The notes below the pieces were generated by a model that had not been told where the DNA came from, did not search any database, and saw only the letters and a list, made by a program, of their open reading frames with translations. Position numbers and translations under genes: made by a program. Of a DNA stretch of 64,000 nucleotides, positions 51,808 through 64,000 are shown piece by piece. How positions within the stretch are numbered: the first letter of the stretch is position 1; every line of letters starts with the position of its first letter. The stretch is taken from contig CDPCPM010000016.1 of NCBI GenBank assembly GCA_976551045.1, positions 1,302,001 through 1,366,000 on the forward strand. Direction: 5' to 3'. This stretch comes from Glaucostegus cemiculus (lineage: Eukaryota).

Positions 51808-51948
51808 AATTGGTAATTGGTTTACTATTGTCACATGGATAGTGAAAACCTTTGTTTTGAATGCCAACAATACAGATCATTTCAAAACATAAGTACATTA
51901 AGGCAGTACAAGGGGAAGAGCAATAATAAAATGCAGAATAAAGTGTAA
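51808..51948 (-). mobile_element. Rex1 3' tail fragment
   Basis: AATTGGTAATTGGTTTACTATTGTCACATG. Confidence 0.75.
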
Positions 51949-52117
51949 ACATAGGCTGCACTTATCTTTTAACCTAGAGTTGGTGACCCCATTAAAATAA
52001 ATGGATATGCACTTCTTAATGATGGCCGTGAGTGATGTAAAGCCGAGGGACTTGTCTGTCTCTGCTCAGTTGCCCAGTGCCAGTATCTAAAGCTGTGTCC
52101 AAGGGCAGAGCAGGAAG

Positions 52118-52740
52118 TCATAGAGCCATTGAGTCCTACAGCACAGAAATGGATCCTTCACCCCACCACATCCATGCTGACTGTTTTGCCTATTTACACT
52201 GATCTCATTTGCCCACATTAGGACCATGTTGCCTATTCAAGTGCCCATCTAAAAGCCTCTTAAACATAGTGATTGTACATGACTTCACCACCTCAGGAGA
52301 GAGGTGCCTGTTTAAATACCTCTTGGTGATTGTAGGGGAGATGAAAGAAATTAGGAGGAAGCTAAATCATACCCTTGATAGGCAAGATTACAGAGAATCC
52401 CAAGGCGCTCTATAAGTATATTAGGAACAAGAGGGTAGCCAGAGAAAGAGTGGGTTCCCTTACTGACTAAGGGGTAATCTGTGTGTGGAGCCAGGGAATG
52501 TATGCAACGTCTTAAATGAATACTTCTCCTCTGTATTCACCAAGAATAAGGTCATGGAAGATAGGGAGTTCAGGGAGGGGTACTGTTGAAATTCTGGAGC
52601 ATGGCAGTATTAAGATGGTGAAGGTATTAGATGTTTCAAGAGCCAGATGAGATCTATCCTAAGTTGCTAAGGGCTGCAAGAGAGGAGACTGCTAGGGTCC
52701 TGACAGACATTTTTGCATCTTCATCAGCCATAGGTGAAGT
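52118..52740. mobile_element. CR1 fragments (minus 3' end ~52118-52295; plus internal ORF2 ~52330-52740)
   Basis: CR1 tail on the minus strand; PDEIYPKLLRAAREETARVLTDIFASS and LNEYFSSVFTK on the plus strand. Confidence 0.8.
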
Positions 52741-52829
52741 CATTTTAGGTTACCATGGCTACAATGGAAACTGCTTCTTGAAGACTCAGACACATTTTCT
52801 TTCGACCCTATTCTCCTGTCTTCATGACT

Positions 52830-53555
52830 TCACCTAAATAACCTAAAATTGGAAAAGTCAATGTCCATGCCTCTGTAACAACACCTCAAATTCCACCTGG
52901 TTAGTTTACAACCCAACAGCAAGAACACTGAGTTTTCCAGTTTTAGGTAACACTCCTCTCCGGTGTTTTTTTCCCCCTTCCCTCTCCTCTCTCTCCTTCC
53001 AATCCTCCTCCCATTTTTGTCCCCTTTCCCACCACACTCCCTCCAGCCCCCCCCATCAGCCATCTTCATCCCCGTCCCCCTCCTGGTTCCATCCCCCCAC
53101 TACACACATTAGTTCACCCACAGGCTTTCTCCCCTCTCCCCCTACTCCCCCTCCCCTATCTAGTCGATCTGCATCCTTCGTGTTCCTGTTTAACCCCCCC
53201 CAACCTGCACACTCTCCTCCTCCCACCTCACTCCATCTGCCTCTCTTTTTGTTTTTCTCTCCGTCTGCTTCCATTTATCATTTACCTTCCACTGTCTCCC
53301 AACTCTATCCACCCTCCTCTCCCATTATCTTTCACCCCTCCTCGTCCACCTATCACCTCAGGCTCCTGTCTCGCTAACCACTCCCCCCGCCCTACTCTTT
53401 ATACTGGCCATTTCCCCTCTCCAGACTCAGTCCTGATGCATCGACTGAAATGTTAGCGATTCCTTTTCTCCTACAGATGCTGCTCGACCGCTGAGATCCT
53501 TCAACAGATTGTTTGCTTTTCCAGATTCCAGCATCAGCATCTTGTGTCTCCAGAA
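52830..53555 (+). mobile_element. PLE 3' end with pLTR and small 5' inversion
   Basis: Inverted piece 52830-52878, then FHLVSLQPNSKNTEFSSFR*, a long pyrimidine tract and a deleted hammerhead CAGTC-CTGATGCA-TCGACT-GAAA-TGTT. Confidence 0.8.
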
Positions 53556-53842
53556 TCATCTCAGAAGCCCTTTGCCCAGGCCATAATTTGGTTATCTCTG
53601 GTATTAAGGAGTAGGAGCCTTGAGCTCAGACACACAGATCACTAAAAGCAGCAACAGATACAGAATTCTGGGCTTCATTTCTGGGGAGATAGAGTCAAAG
53701 ACCAGAAAAGACCAGGCTTACAGTACAGTGAGAAACATTGGTCTCCATATTATATAAAGCATGCAGAAGTATAAAGGAAATAGGAGAGAAAATTATACGA
53801 GAAGTTATAAATAAATCTTCTGATAACTAATCTTAAAAGGTA

Positions 53843-54130
53843 GGGCAGGCACGGTAGTGCAGCGGTTAGCATAACACTATTACAGCATCAGTCACCAGGA
53901 TTCAATTCCGGCCGCTGTCTGTGAGGAGTTTGTATATTCTCTCTGTGTCTGCATGGGTTTCCTCAGGGTGCTCCAGTTTCCTCCCACGTTCCAAACATGT
54001 ACGGGTTAGGAAGTTGTGGGCATGCCATGTTGGCGCCGGAAGTGTGGCGACACTTGTGGACTACTGCCAGATGAATTTTACTGTGTGTTTCGATGTAAAT
54101 GTGACTAATAAAGATACCTTATCTTATCTT
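53843..54130 (+). mobile_element. tRNA-derived SINE (same family as 4972-5260)
   Basis: GGCACGGTAGTGCAGCGGTTAGC, GATTCAATTCCGG, (ATCTT)n tail. Confidence 0.9.
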
Positions 54131-56091
54131 TCATGCTGTAAGGTGCTATGGGAGCGCACAGAAAATACAGGGGCTCCAAATGGGAGCACATCATCATCAA
54201 GAGTACTTAGAGATGGGTATTAATGAATGACATTGTGAGTGATGCCAACATCCCCTGAGCAAAGAAAACATTTGTGGCAGGACACTTTAGCTACTGGAGC
54301 CAGTTAGCAAAGTGCCCTCACAAAGTAATATCATTCACCAGTGCTCTCATGTCATTGTACCTAACTTTTGATAATACTGCTGCAAGAATGAACACAAGAC
54401 CCATGATGGTCATATTAGATAAATGCATTTATTGTAAGATAATCATATACTACATAGTGTAGTCATATTTATCATAGGTTAAGCTTATATATCCTTGAAT
54501 GACCATTAGCATCATAAGATGTCCATTTATACCAGAGGATAACCACATGTATGACAGGATGACCATACATATCACTGAGCAATCATACAGATCATAAGAT
54601 AAACAAATACATTTTCGTACAGTATTGCTAAATCAAAATGTTAATCAATTTATGTGAATTATATAATAGTTATATTCTGTAATATTGTAAAACTCCAATA
54701 GTTCGGCACTCTCAGGACTTTGGTGATGCTGGATTAGCTGTTTCCCAGACTATCAGATGTTTCTGCTATTATGCCTCAACATGTTATTATTTCACTTTTT
54801 TTTTGCATGTCATGCAGTGGTATACCCTTTTCAGTGATCCCATTGAATCTAAAATGACTGGAAAATAGATCCTAGTGAGCTTCAGCTTGTAAGTTACATC
54901 TTTTCAAAATAAGAATTAATCAGCATTTTGATTCACTAATACTATACTGAAATATACTTGTTTATCTTATGAGATGTGTGGTTTTCTGGTGATGTATATG
55001 GTCATCCTGTGATACATATGATTAGCCTGTGATGTTCCTGAGCTCCACTGTTCCCAACATCAGCTGCGGTTGCACAACCAGGCCACATTCGAGACACCAG
55101 AGCTTCACTCCAGACACCAAGATCACACTCCGGACAAATGAGTGAGCCACATGGCAAACCACCGAGGCTTCTAAACAATTGCATAGCAAATAATTGGATT
55201 TTCATTGAAATTTACAGTGTATGAAGAGGTTATAAATAACTTCTGTGTATTTCCCATTGAGTAACACTGATAATGATGACTTGACTGGTGGATAGATTTG
55301 GGGAGCATTTTAATTCAATACAAATATAGATTTTTGAGAAAAAAAATGGAGTGCAATTAAGTGAACCAATAAGTCAGTTTGTTCTGTATTGACTGCTCTT
55401 GGTATTGAGTTAGTCACCGGATTCCAAGAACCATGAATAATTCACTCTGACCTCAGTACTGATACCATAATCATTGTGGGAAGCCTTTGTGGGATGATTA
55501 CTTTATTTAATAGCCAGCATTATGGACGTATTCTGCTTTGAGAAATTGATGTTGCATAAATTAAATGGCAAGTAATCTAACCAGTCTCAAACAAAATCCA
55601 ATGCAGACTATGAAGATAGCAAATGCAGTCTAAGTATTTTGAAAGGATACATGAATTGTTATAAATTTTTAACCATAATAAAAACAATTTCAACTGTGCA
55701 TTTCTAAAATAAAAATCAAAGCAAAAATGTTTGGGAATGTTCTTTAAAGTTTTTATTTGAACCCAGAAGTAGCTTTGTAATAGGATAAATTAACAAAAAA
55801 TATAAGTGTTTCGTCTAGTAGTCAGTAAAAGTCAATGTTAATTAAAAAGATAACATAATCAAATCTATGAAGTAGTTTATAAATTATGACCTAGAAACTG
55901 AATTGAGTACTTGCACCTAAAAATTAGGGTAGGAAAGACTGCCAGATTTTCCTCTGGAAGTGTGCTTTTCACCTGATTGGAGCAGAGCAAATAAAATTTG
56001 TCCTGTACCCAGGTCTGAAGCAGACACCGGGTGTGAAAAATATCTCTGTTAAAAAAATCTGTGTACTTGGACATAATACACAGTCTTCACT

Positions 56092-57350
56092 GTGTACAGT
56101 TTTGGCTGTCCTGCTAGAGGAAGGACATCATTAAACTAGAAAGAGTGCAGAGAAGATTTATGAGCATACTGACAGTACTTGAGGGCCTGAGTAATAAGGA
56201 GATGTTGGGCAGGCTAGCACTATATTCCTTGGAATGGAGGAGATTGAGTGGTGACCTTATAGCGGCATATAAAATCATGAGGTGCACAGACAGGGTGAAC
56301 GCACATCGTCTTTTTCCCAGAAAAGGGGAACTAAAAACTGGAGAGCATAGGTTTAAGGTGAGTGACGAAAGATTTAAAAGGTACCTGACGGGCACCCTCT
56401 TCACACAGAGGGTGGTGTATATATGGAATGAGCTGCCAAAGAAAATGGTTGAGGCAGGTACATTAAATTCCTTGGTGTTAACATATCAATTGAACTGTCC
56501 TGGGCCCAGCACATGGATGCAATCACAAGGAAGGCGCACCAGCATCTTTACTTTCTTTGGAGGTTAAAGAGGTTGGGTTTGTCACTAAACACTCTAACAA
56601 ACTTCTACAAATGTACTGTTGGAAGTATCCTGACTGGTTGCATCATGGTCTGCTGCGGCAATTCAAGTGCACAGGAACATAAGAAGCTGCAGAGATTAGT
56701 GAACTCAGCCCCATACATCACTGGCACATCCCCCCTCACCATCGGAAGTATCTACATGAAGTATTGCCTCAGCAAAGATCCCCACCATCCTGGCCATGCC
56801 ATCTTCTCGCAGCTACCAGTGGGCAGGAGGTACTGAAGTCTGAAGCTCTACACCCCACCAAGTTCAAGAACAGATATTTCCCATCAATCATTCAGTTCTT
56901 GTACAAACCTATACAACCCAAATCATTATCTCAGTATAGTAACACTTTGACCACTTTGCACTACATTGGACTTAATTTTTTTGTTGTTCTAATTGTATTC
57001 TTTCATGTTTTATGTTTTCCTTGTGAATGCTGTTTATATGATGCTACCTGCCTGTGATGTTGCTGCAAGTAGGTTTTTCATTGCACCTGTGCCTACATGT
57101 ACTTTGCATATGGCAATAAATTTGACTTTGAACAGAATAACAACATTAAAAAAAAGGGATAAGTGCAAGGATAGGAGTGGTTTAGAGGTACAGTATATGG
57201 AGTATACACCATATACAGTATACAGTATACACCATATACAGTATATGGAGCAAAAGCAGGCAAATGGGACCAGCTTGGTGGGCTCCAGGGTCAGCATGGA
57301 TGAGTTGGGCTGAAAGGCCTGTTTCCATGGTATATTACTCTATGGCTATG
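56092..57350 (+). mobile_element. CR1 3' portion with a nested Rex1 3' fragment (~56466-57130)
   Basis: CR1 peptide RRLSGDLIAAYKIMR..FTQRVVYIWNELP switches to Rex1 (KAHQHLYFLWRLK..NFYKCTVGSILTGCI); CR1 resumes at ~57135 to its terminal hairpin. Confidence 0.9.
57189..57250. repeat. Short tandem expansion inside the CR1 3' UTR
   Basis: Reiterated CAGTATA / TACACCATATA units bounded by CAGTATATGGAG on both sides. Confidence 0.8.
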
Positions 57351-60300
57351 CCTTTAAGTCTCAACTAAGGAAAAGCATTTGAAAGTATGCATCACAATTG
57401 CAGACAACCTTATGCCCATTTAACCTGGTGCAGTAAGTAGACAACATTCAGACTTCTTGTTCAGTACCTTGATTTCAGACTCACAGAGCCTCAAACTCAT
57501 GACCTCAACTCAATACCAGTTACGAGCCCTTCTTCCAGTGTTGATCCTGAGTTGGCTCCATGACAATGGGATCTGAGATCCAATACCTGGGCAGCTGCAA
57601 GCATGACTATACTGGCCCAGGTTATTTATTCTTCACTCCAATCCACCCCTCAATAGGACTGCAGATGGTTTTGTACATTCTAAACTGCACATTATACCGA
57701 GAGTGAAAGCCATTTACTGGGAAAATGAGAACAGGTCAAACAATTTTTATGAAACAACAATAGAGCAAATCAGATGAATTAAAGCAATAGACAAAAGATA
57801 AAATGGTGGCATAATCCAGCAGTTCTGTTTCCATAAATAGAGTGCACGCAATTAAATTAAGCTTTTGTGAGACTAAATAGCTGAATATTTTCAATTAGCA
57901 TACCAAAGTTGGAAGGATAAAGGACTAAGGCCACACTGTAATTAAAATTTCTACTCAATTTTTCAAGGTTCCAATTTCTGACTATGCATTCACAATAGGT
58001 CCAGAGACGTTATTCATTCCTTTATTCAAAGAAAAATAACTCCTTGTTTATGCAATGTAAAATCATTGTAAGATTGCATGAATTGATTAAAAAACAATTA
58101 TTTCCATTTCAGCCTACAGCAAAATCAAATATTTAACTGATGTCAAGCAAGTCACCGAGATACTGACAGTGAAAAGGATATCTTATTGATTTGGACCTAA
58201 GAATGGCACTACAAACACTGAATACTGATGTGAGAGAGGCATGTGGGAGGACTTGGATTACTGCACTGTGGTGCTGGAGCCTGAAGGATTTTGAATAAGT
58301 GCCCATCCTTCAAACTAAGCTGCATTGTGTATTGGTGAATAGAGGGAAGCCGAATCAAGAAAAAAAAGTGGGTGTCACAAATTGTGAAAATACTGGAGAA
58401 AATTCTTGTGAAACCTGAAGGGGAATTCAGAACAATCTGTATTGTTCACCCGAGGCAGGTGTTCAGCATCGTGGCATTGATAAAATGGGTTTAATGATAA
58501 TATGGTGGGGTAGAAAAGCCTGTGCTTGATTTGTTCCTGCACTCAGACCTCTTGGGTGCTTTGATTATTCTTAAAAAATAAAAATTTAACATGACTCCCA
58601 TGGTTTATAAAGGCAAGACTCCTATATGTGTTTTTTTTTTAGATGCTTAAAATGCATACAGATCTCATTGAAACAAGGCTTCTTCCATTATTTCTAGAGC
58701 TATCTCCAAACTGATTGAAGGTGGTTGGGGTTTATGTCACTGATTGGTGGCAGCCTGAGCTCTTCTTAAAATAGGGGTGGTGCTGCTATAAAAAAGAGAA
58801 TGATGTGGGTTTTTTTGAGCAAACTCAGTACATAGACACAATGTGGAACCAAAATTGATCAGTGATTTTGTCAGGCTACAAGCACCATTGGTGCCACTGA
58901 TTGACAGCTGACCAATGGGAGATCAGGAATAGCAGGAATATAAGCTCCTTTAGGAAGGGAAAACCCTAACAACCAATACACTTTGAAGGCTTTTCTTAAT
59001 GGCAGACAAATATGAAGTGAGAGAGCACTGATGCTCTGGACGTTTTTGCAGAGGTGATTGGCAGAAAAGGGAATGATGAACTCCCCTCCATAGCAAAGGT
59101 GTTAGAATGGGACAAAGCAACAACAAGTGGTGCCCTTGACTACAGTGCAGGAGGAGTTTTGGGGAATGGTCTTGTCGTCACCAGCTCTGTCCAGCAAACA
59201 CAGCCATGTTTTGCTCCATTGCTCCAAATACCAGACCCTGCTCCCAATACTCTCCTCATTATCACTGGCTCTAATACACAACAGTGCTCTAGACACTCTC
59301 CTCATGATCACTGGTCCTATTGCCAGACTGTGCTCCTGACGTTTTCCCCATTCACTCTGGTCCTAATGCCAAACTCTGCTCTGAAACTCTCCTCACAATC
59401 TCTGGTCCTAATTGGTCAGAATTGGTAGCCATCAGTTAGAACAGGTAGACAGAATGCATTATAGAGATTGAAACAAGCAACTTATTGGGAGGATAGGAAA
59501 ATTAAGAGTTCTAGCTTCTATCCATGAGCAACATCTTTGAGATCAACTGCATCATGCAAAGTGTTACAAGAAATCGTGAAATTAATGTTAGCATTGAGAA
59601 ACTGGCTTCTGTTGCATTGGGAATCTTCTCTCCTTTCTCTTTCTTTTTATGGAGGGAAAACAATCTCCCAAAGTGGAATAATGATGATTTGGAGCTTATG
59701 CAGATCATTTGATTGCCAAGTTATCTTTCAGAACCATTACCTGCAGGCTATCCTGCTGTGTTTTAATTTGTTCCAAAGGCTACTCTTCACACAAATTAAG
59801 GCATCCCTGTTAAGTTATAATCGTCTTCTTTGTCTCCCACTGTTTTCTGTTCCTGGATTTTAAATGCAACAGCTTTGAATCACTACAGCACAACTGGATT
59901 TTTATTGAACTTCAAAATAATTTCTTCTTATTATGAAAACAACCTTTGATGAATGCCTTGCCAACATAATTAAGTAGTTTTATATGTGTTAATTGTGCTT
60001 CAGCAGACATCCGTGTTCAGCCATTAACAACTATTTGTCTATCTAGCAGCTAAAGGGGCTATCAACTGGTTAATATTAATTTTCTACTCAAGCATTTAAC
60101 CTTTTCACTCTCATTATTCATACAATGTAAATTATTGGGCATTTATTTTGAAATTAAAACTTTTTTCCTCCCTTCATGCTTTAACTTTGTCTCTTTTTTA
60201 CTATTTGATGCATGGTTACAAATGGATGGGTCAGTTCATTGTTGCTAGTGGGTTCCTAGTGGGCCTACCTGTCCACTACTTCACACAATTCTTAACACGC

Positions 60301-60520
60301 TGACTCAGGCAGTGAGCATCAAGGTGCTGCTTCGCTTTAAAGAGTCTCACAACCACGTTCAATCTGCCAGAATCACTTGATGAACTGGGACTAAGAACTT
60401 TTCCAAGAATCTTTTCCTTCCACCTTGGCTGGTGAGATAATTGTAACAACATTAATGATGCCTTGGCTGGGATTTGCAACCTCAGTGAAGATCAGAGGCT
60501 GAAGCTGGGATCTGCATCGT

Positions 60521-60864
60521 GTCATGGAGTCATACAGTACGGAAACTGACCCGTCAGCCCACCGTCCATGCCAATGACTTACTTTCACTGAATCTGCACT
60601 AATTCATTTTATTCTCTTACATTGTCATCAGCTCTGCCAGATTCCACCATTCACCTACTCACTAGAGACAGTTTATAGTGGCCAATTAACCTACTAGCCG
60701 TACCTCTTAGGGATATGAGCGGAAACTGATATACCTAGAGGAAACCCGTGTAGTCACAGGTAGAACATGAAAACTCCACACAGACAGTGCTGGAGCTCAG
60801 GATTGAACCCAGGTTGCTGGAGCTGTGAGGTAGCAGCTCTACTAGTTGCACCACTGTACCACCC
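60521..60864 (-). mobile_element. HE1-like SINE
   Basis: Minus GGTGGTACAGTGGTGCAACTAGTAGAGC..GGTTCAATCCTGA..GTGTGGAGTTT; CR1-type tail ..GTACTGTATGACTCCATGAC. Confidence 0.82.
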
Positions 60865-61084
60865 AATGTAAGAGTATAATGTGTGAATCACTGGCAGACC
60901 ACATTGGGTATTTGCTGCTTGAGTCAACATCAGCTTGCATGTTGCTATTTCCTACTACACTATCTTACTTAAGTTGGAAATTCTACAACAGCGACACTGC
61001 ACTGGCAGTGCAAGTTTAGTTTTATGTGGCTAATGTGGTTGTGTCCCCGTCAATGAGGAGTTTCCATCCATCGTTGATCGGAGG

Positions 61085-61540
61085 CATGGAAATTATGATA
61101 AGCTTTTATAAATCACGCACTAAGCCTCAGTAGATGTATTGTGCCCAGTTCCGTCCACCATACTTCTAACATTTTTGCCATACATTGACAAGTGTCTTTA
61201 ATGGAGTGAGAGGGCAGATGTACGCTGCTGGAATTGTTCTCCTCAGAGCAGAGGACAGAAGTCTGAACGAGTAAGATGATAACCAGAGGCCTGAATGGCC
61301 TTCTTCTCTGTCATGTAAGTGTTGTGTGTCATGACGTTTTACCTGTCTCATTGTCTTTGTCTTCCTCGCCACAGTGGGAAGGTTCTTTGAACATACTGAG
61401 AAAATGTTGGCCATTCAGTCCATCATATCTGTGACTGCTCTTTAAAAGATCTGTCCAGTTAGCTCCATTACCATGTTCATTCCCCATAACCTTACTTTTA
61501 CTCTCTTCCCTTTTCAAGTATTTCTCCATTTTCCTCATTT
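61085..61540. mobile_element. Old CR1 fragments
   Basis: LYKSRTKPQ*MYCAQFRPPY-like piece, plus tails GGCCTGAATGGCCTTCTTCT (+) and a minus tail at ~61385-61530. Confidence 0.55.
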
Positions 61541-63859
61541 CAGTCCTAAAAATAATCCATGAGCGACAAATATGTCACAGAGATAGGAAGGCTAAATCGA
61601 TGTATGAAAACCAATTCAAATCATTATACCTGTCCACAAACTCCTTCACTAATACCAATGCACATTTTATCAGAAAAACTTCATACTGTGAATGTTTAAA
61701 AAAGGGGCAGATAATAAAAGCAAACAAGAATTTGGAGGAATAGAAAAATAATTTCATACAGTTGGAATGAATGTGTGCATCAATTTTATGTCAGAATACA
61801 TTGAGTGTTTAATTGGTAGATGTGCTTGGCCTTTTATACTGACATGTTTCAAAGTGTTGAGAGAAAGCACAGGCTTTCATCCAAAGGTTTCATTTTACTT
61901 ACAATGACTTTTAAAAAAAAATCCTGGCATTTACTTAGATCATGCTGAAATGTGAAAAGATAAATTCAGGTGAAAAGTACAAAGAACTGAATATTTTAAA
62001 GACCAAAACATTTCACTAAAACAAAATTCCAATAATGTAGAACTCTATAAACTATAAAACTTTGCCTTGAGAAAGCAAAGATATAAAATGGTAACTAATG
62101 AGGAATGGAAGAAGTTCCGAGGTCTATGAAAGGTTTTAGTTCAACTGCCGAGTTCAAATAAGTAGGCAGGTGAGGGTTGGAGATAATTTGCTAACTCCAC
62201 AGGAAATGTTAAAATAAGATTCCAGTCCTGGCCTGGCCTGTTATTAAACTGAAGAAATAAGGAATTGCTGTGTCACCAATTCAATTACCCAAGCTTGATA
62301 AATGCGGCACTGATAGTCATCAGTCCACAGGATAGGTCAGTAATGCTGGTACTGTTGCCATGGTTCACCATAATGTGAAGGTCTACTGAAGGAGAGAATT
62401 AATTACATGAAGATATAAGATGAATGTTTCATTTGGCCAAATAATGAAATAATTGTGCAAGTATAAACAAACTTGATGTCAATAGGATCTTGTGCTTACA
62501 AATCTCTGTACATTTTTACTATGGTTGCTTGAAGCAAATGAATGAAGGTAGAGAACATTTTATTTGTAAAGGGTTGTTTCTGGTTAGAAACTTTCTCTAT
62601 TCTTTAATAAACTGTAAAGTAGCAGCAAATCTTGATCCAAACAAGCTGGTCAGTATTTTCCACTGCATTATGCATTATACGAAGTTTTATTACAGCAAGA
62701 ACATAATATTTTAAGGCATCTCTAACTAAATCTTGAAAATATCATCAGCTTTGAGTTCCTATTAAATTTATAATTTGCAGGATTTACTGTCTGAAAACCA
62801 CGTGAGCTTGTCTCTAGTAGTTTAATGTTAGTAAATGAGCATTATGACTCAAACCAAGGGCTAATAATTCTAACCAATTTAGTTACAGATATCCAGCATC
62901 TGATGTTTTCTTGGCTGCAGTTAACTCTAATCTCTTTCACAGGCAAATGCATCGAGAGATTCCCTGTGATGTCCTATCACACGTTATAACCTGTGCATTA
63001 ATGTGAAATCACGTGTCAAGGGTGGGTGGGTAGGCAGCATGATGTGTTCAATGGCAATGAAGATTGGTTTCTCTGCCAGTCTTTGTGCTGCACGTTAACC
63101 TGATGTGTATTGAAAATGCAAATGCAAGACAGGATTGGGAATTTGTTATAGCAGAGATATCCTTCGCATCAGGTCAGTAAAAAGGTCACCGGTCCAATTT
63201 ATGAATTAATTTGATTCTAGTAACTGCATAAGGAATAAAATCAGATGAAAATAACAGCTATTTTTATTCTTTAATAAACACCTTGACTATTACAATCACT
63301 TCCTCAGTCTAACAAAACTTAATTTTAATAGCAATAAATAAATTTCTTTCTTTCTGGGAATCAGACAAGTTCTAGCATAATAATTGGAGTTCCATTAAAT
63401 GAAATACTTGTGTCTTTCAGAGATTGGTTTTGAGGCTTCATTAAGATAGCTGGCTAATCCACCTTGAGTTTGAAGATTTAACCCAACTGCATGTGCCAGC
63501 TTCTCAAAATAGCAGCACACCACTTAATTCATAGCCCACACTCATTTTACATTGCATTAAATCAATAGACTTAAAAACCAGGTGGCAGATGTCCAATCCA
63601 AATTCACCTCCTTCCTCTTGAGGAGGTTAGGTTAACACAGTAAACTCAGGTGCTGTCTACTTAAATATGTTTCAGTTTGTTTTCTTTTAGTTCAACATTT
63701 CCAATGTATTCTCCAGAAAAATGTCACTGGAGTTAATACAACCTAAGAAGTGGTTCTTAAAGCCCAAGGTGCAGAACAGACTCCAAGTTAAATCATTATC
63801 TTAGGACTAAACAATACATGAACTTACTCCCAATCTACAGTGTTCAAGATGCATACTTC

Positions 63860-63945
63860 ACTGATCGATGAAATGTTAACTCTGTTTCTCCCTTCACAGA
63901 CATTGCCTGACCTGCTGAATATTTCTAGCATTTTCTGTCCTTATC
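63860..63945 (+). mobile_element. PLE pLTR remnant
   Basis: GAAATGTTAACTCTGTTTCTC..CACAGA..TGCCTGACCTGCTGA..TTTCTAGCATTTTCTG. Confidence 0.7.
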
Positions 63946-64000
63946 GTACACAGTACTTAAGCAGATTTGGAAGCAAACGGTTGCTCATGTAATTCTAAGA

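Noticed and set aside
54365-54610. CRISPR-like or other prokaryotic repeat array
   Set aside because: Vertebrate context; the units are degenerate and abutting, without unique spacers.
59054-59863. Cluster of 60-124 aa ORFs as exons
   Set aside because: No recognisable domain, no consistent splice frame, and ORFs on both strands.

Overview
AT-rich vertebrate genomic DNA whose repeat inventory points to a cartilaginous fish, probably a ray/batoid (inferred from repeat families only). The left end holds a CpG-island promoter (~2.48-2.83 kb) with a minus-strand first exon and a possible second exon at the window edge; the gene cannot be identified. The remaining ~61 kb appears intergenic, with no recognisable host coding exon. 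It is filled with degraded CR1, L2, Rex1/Babar and RTE LINEs, Penelope-like elements (PLEs), tRNA-derived SINEs, Tigger/pogo-like ends, a probable Harbinger fossil, CTCF sites and a repeat-poor enhancer-like block. The most notable signal is RNA-structural: (i) a 531-bp non-coding RTE-derived element with a complete HDV-like ribozyme fold at its 5' end, and (ii) many PLE-derived units carrying minimal hammerhead motifs in tandem, inverted and hairpin arrangements. All calls come from reading the sequence by eye; no searches or folding programs were run, and most repeat boundaries are approximate.
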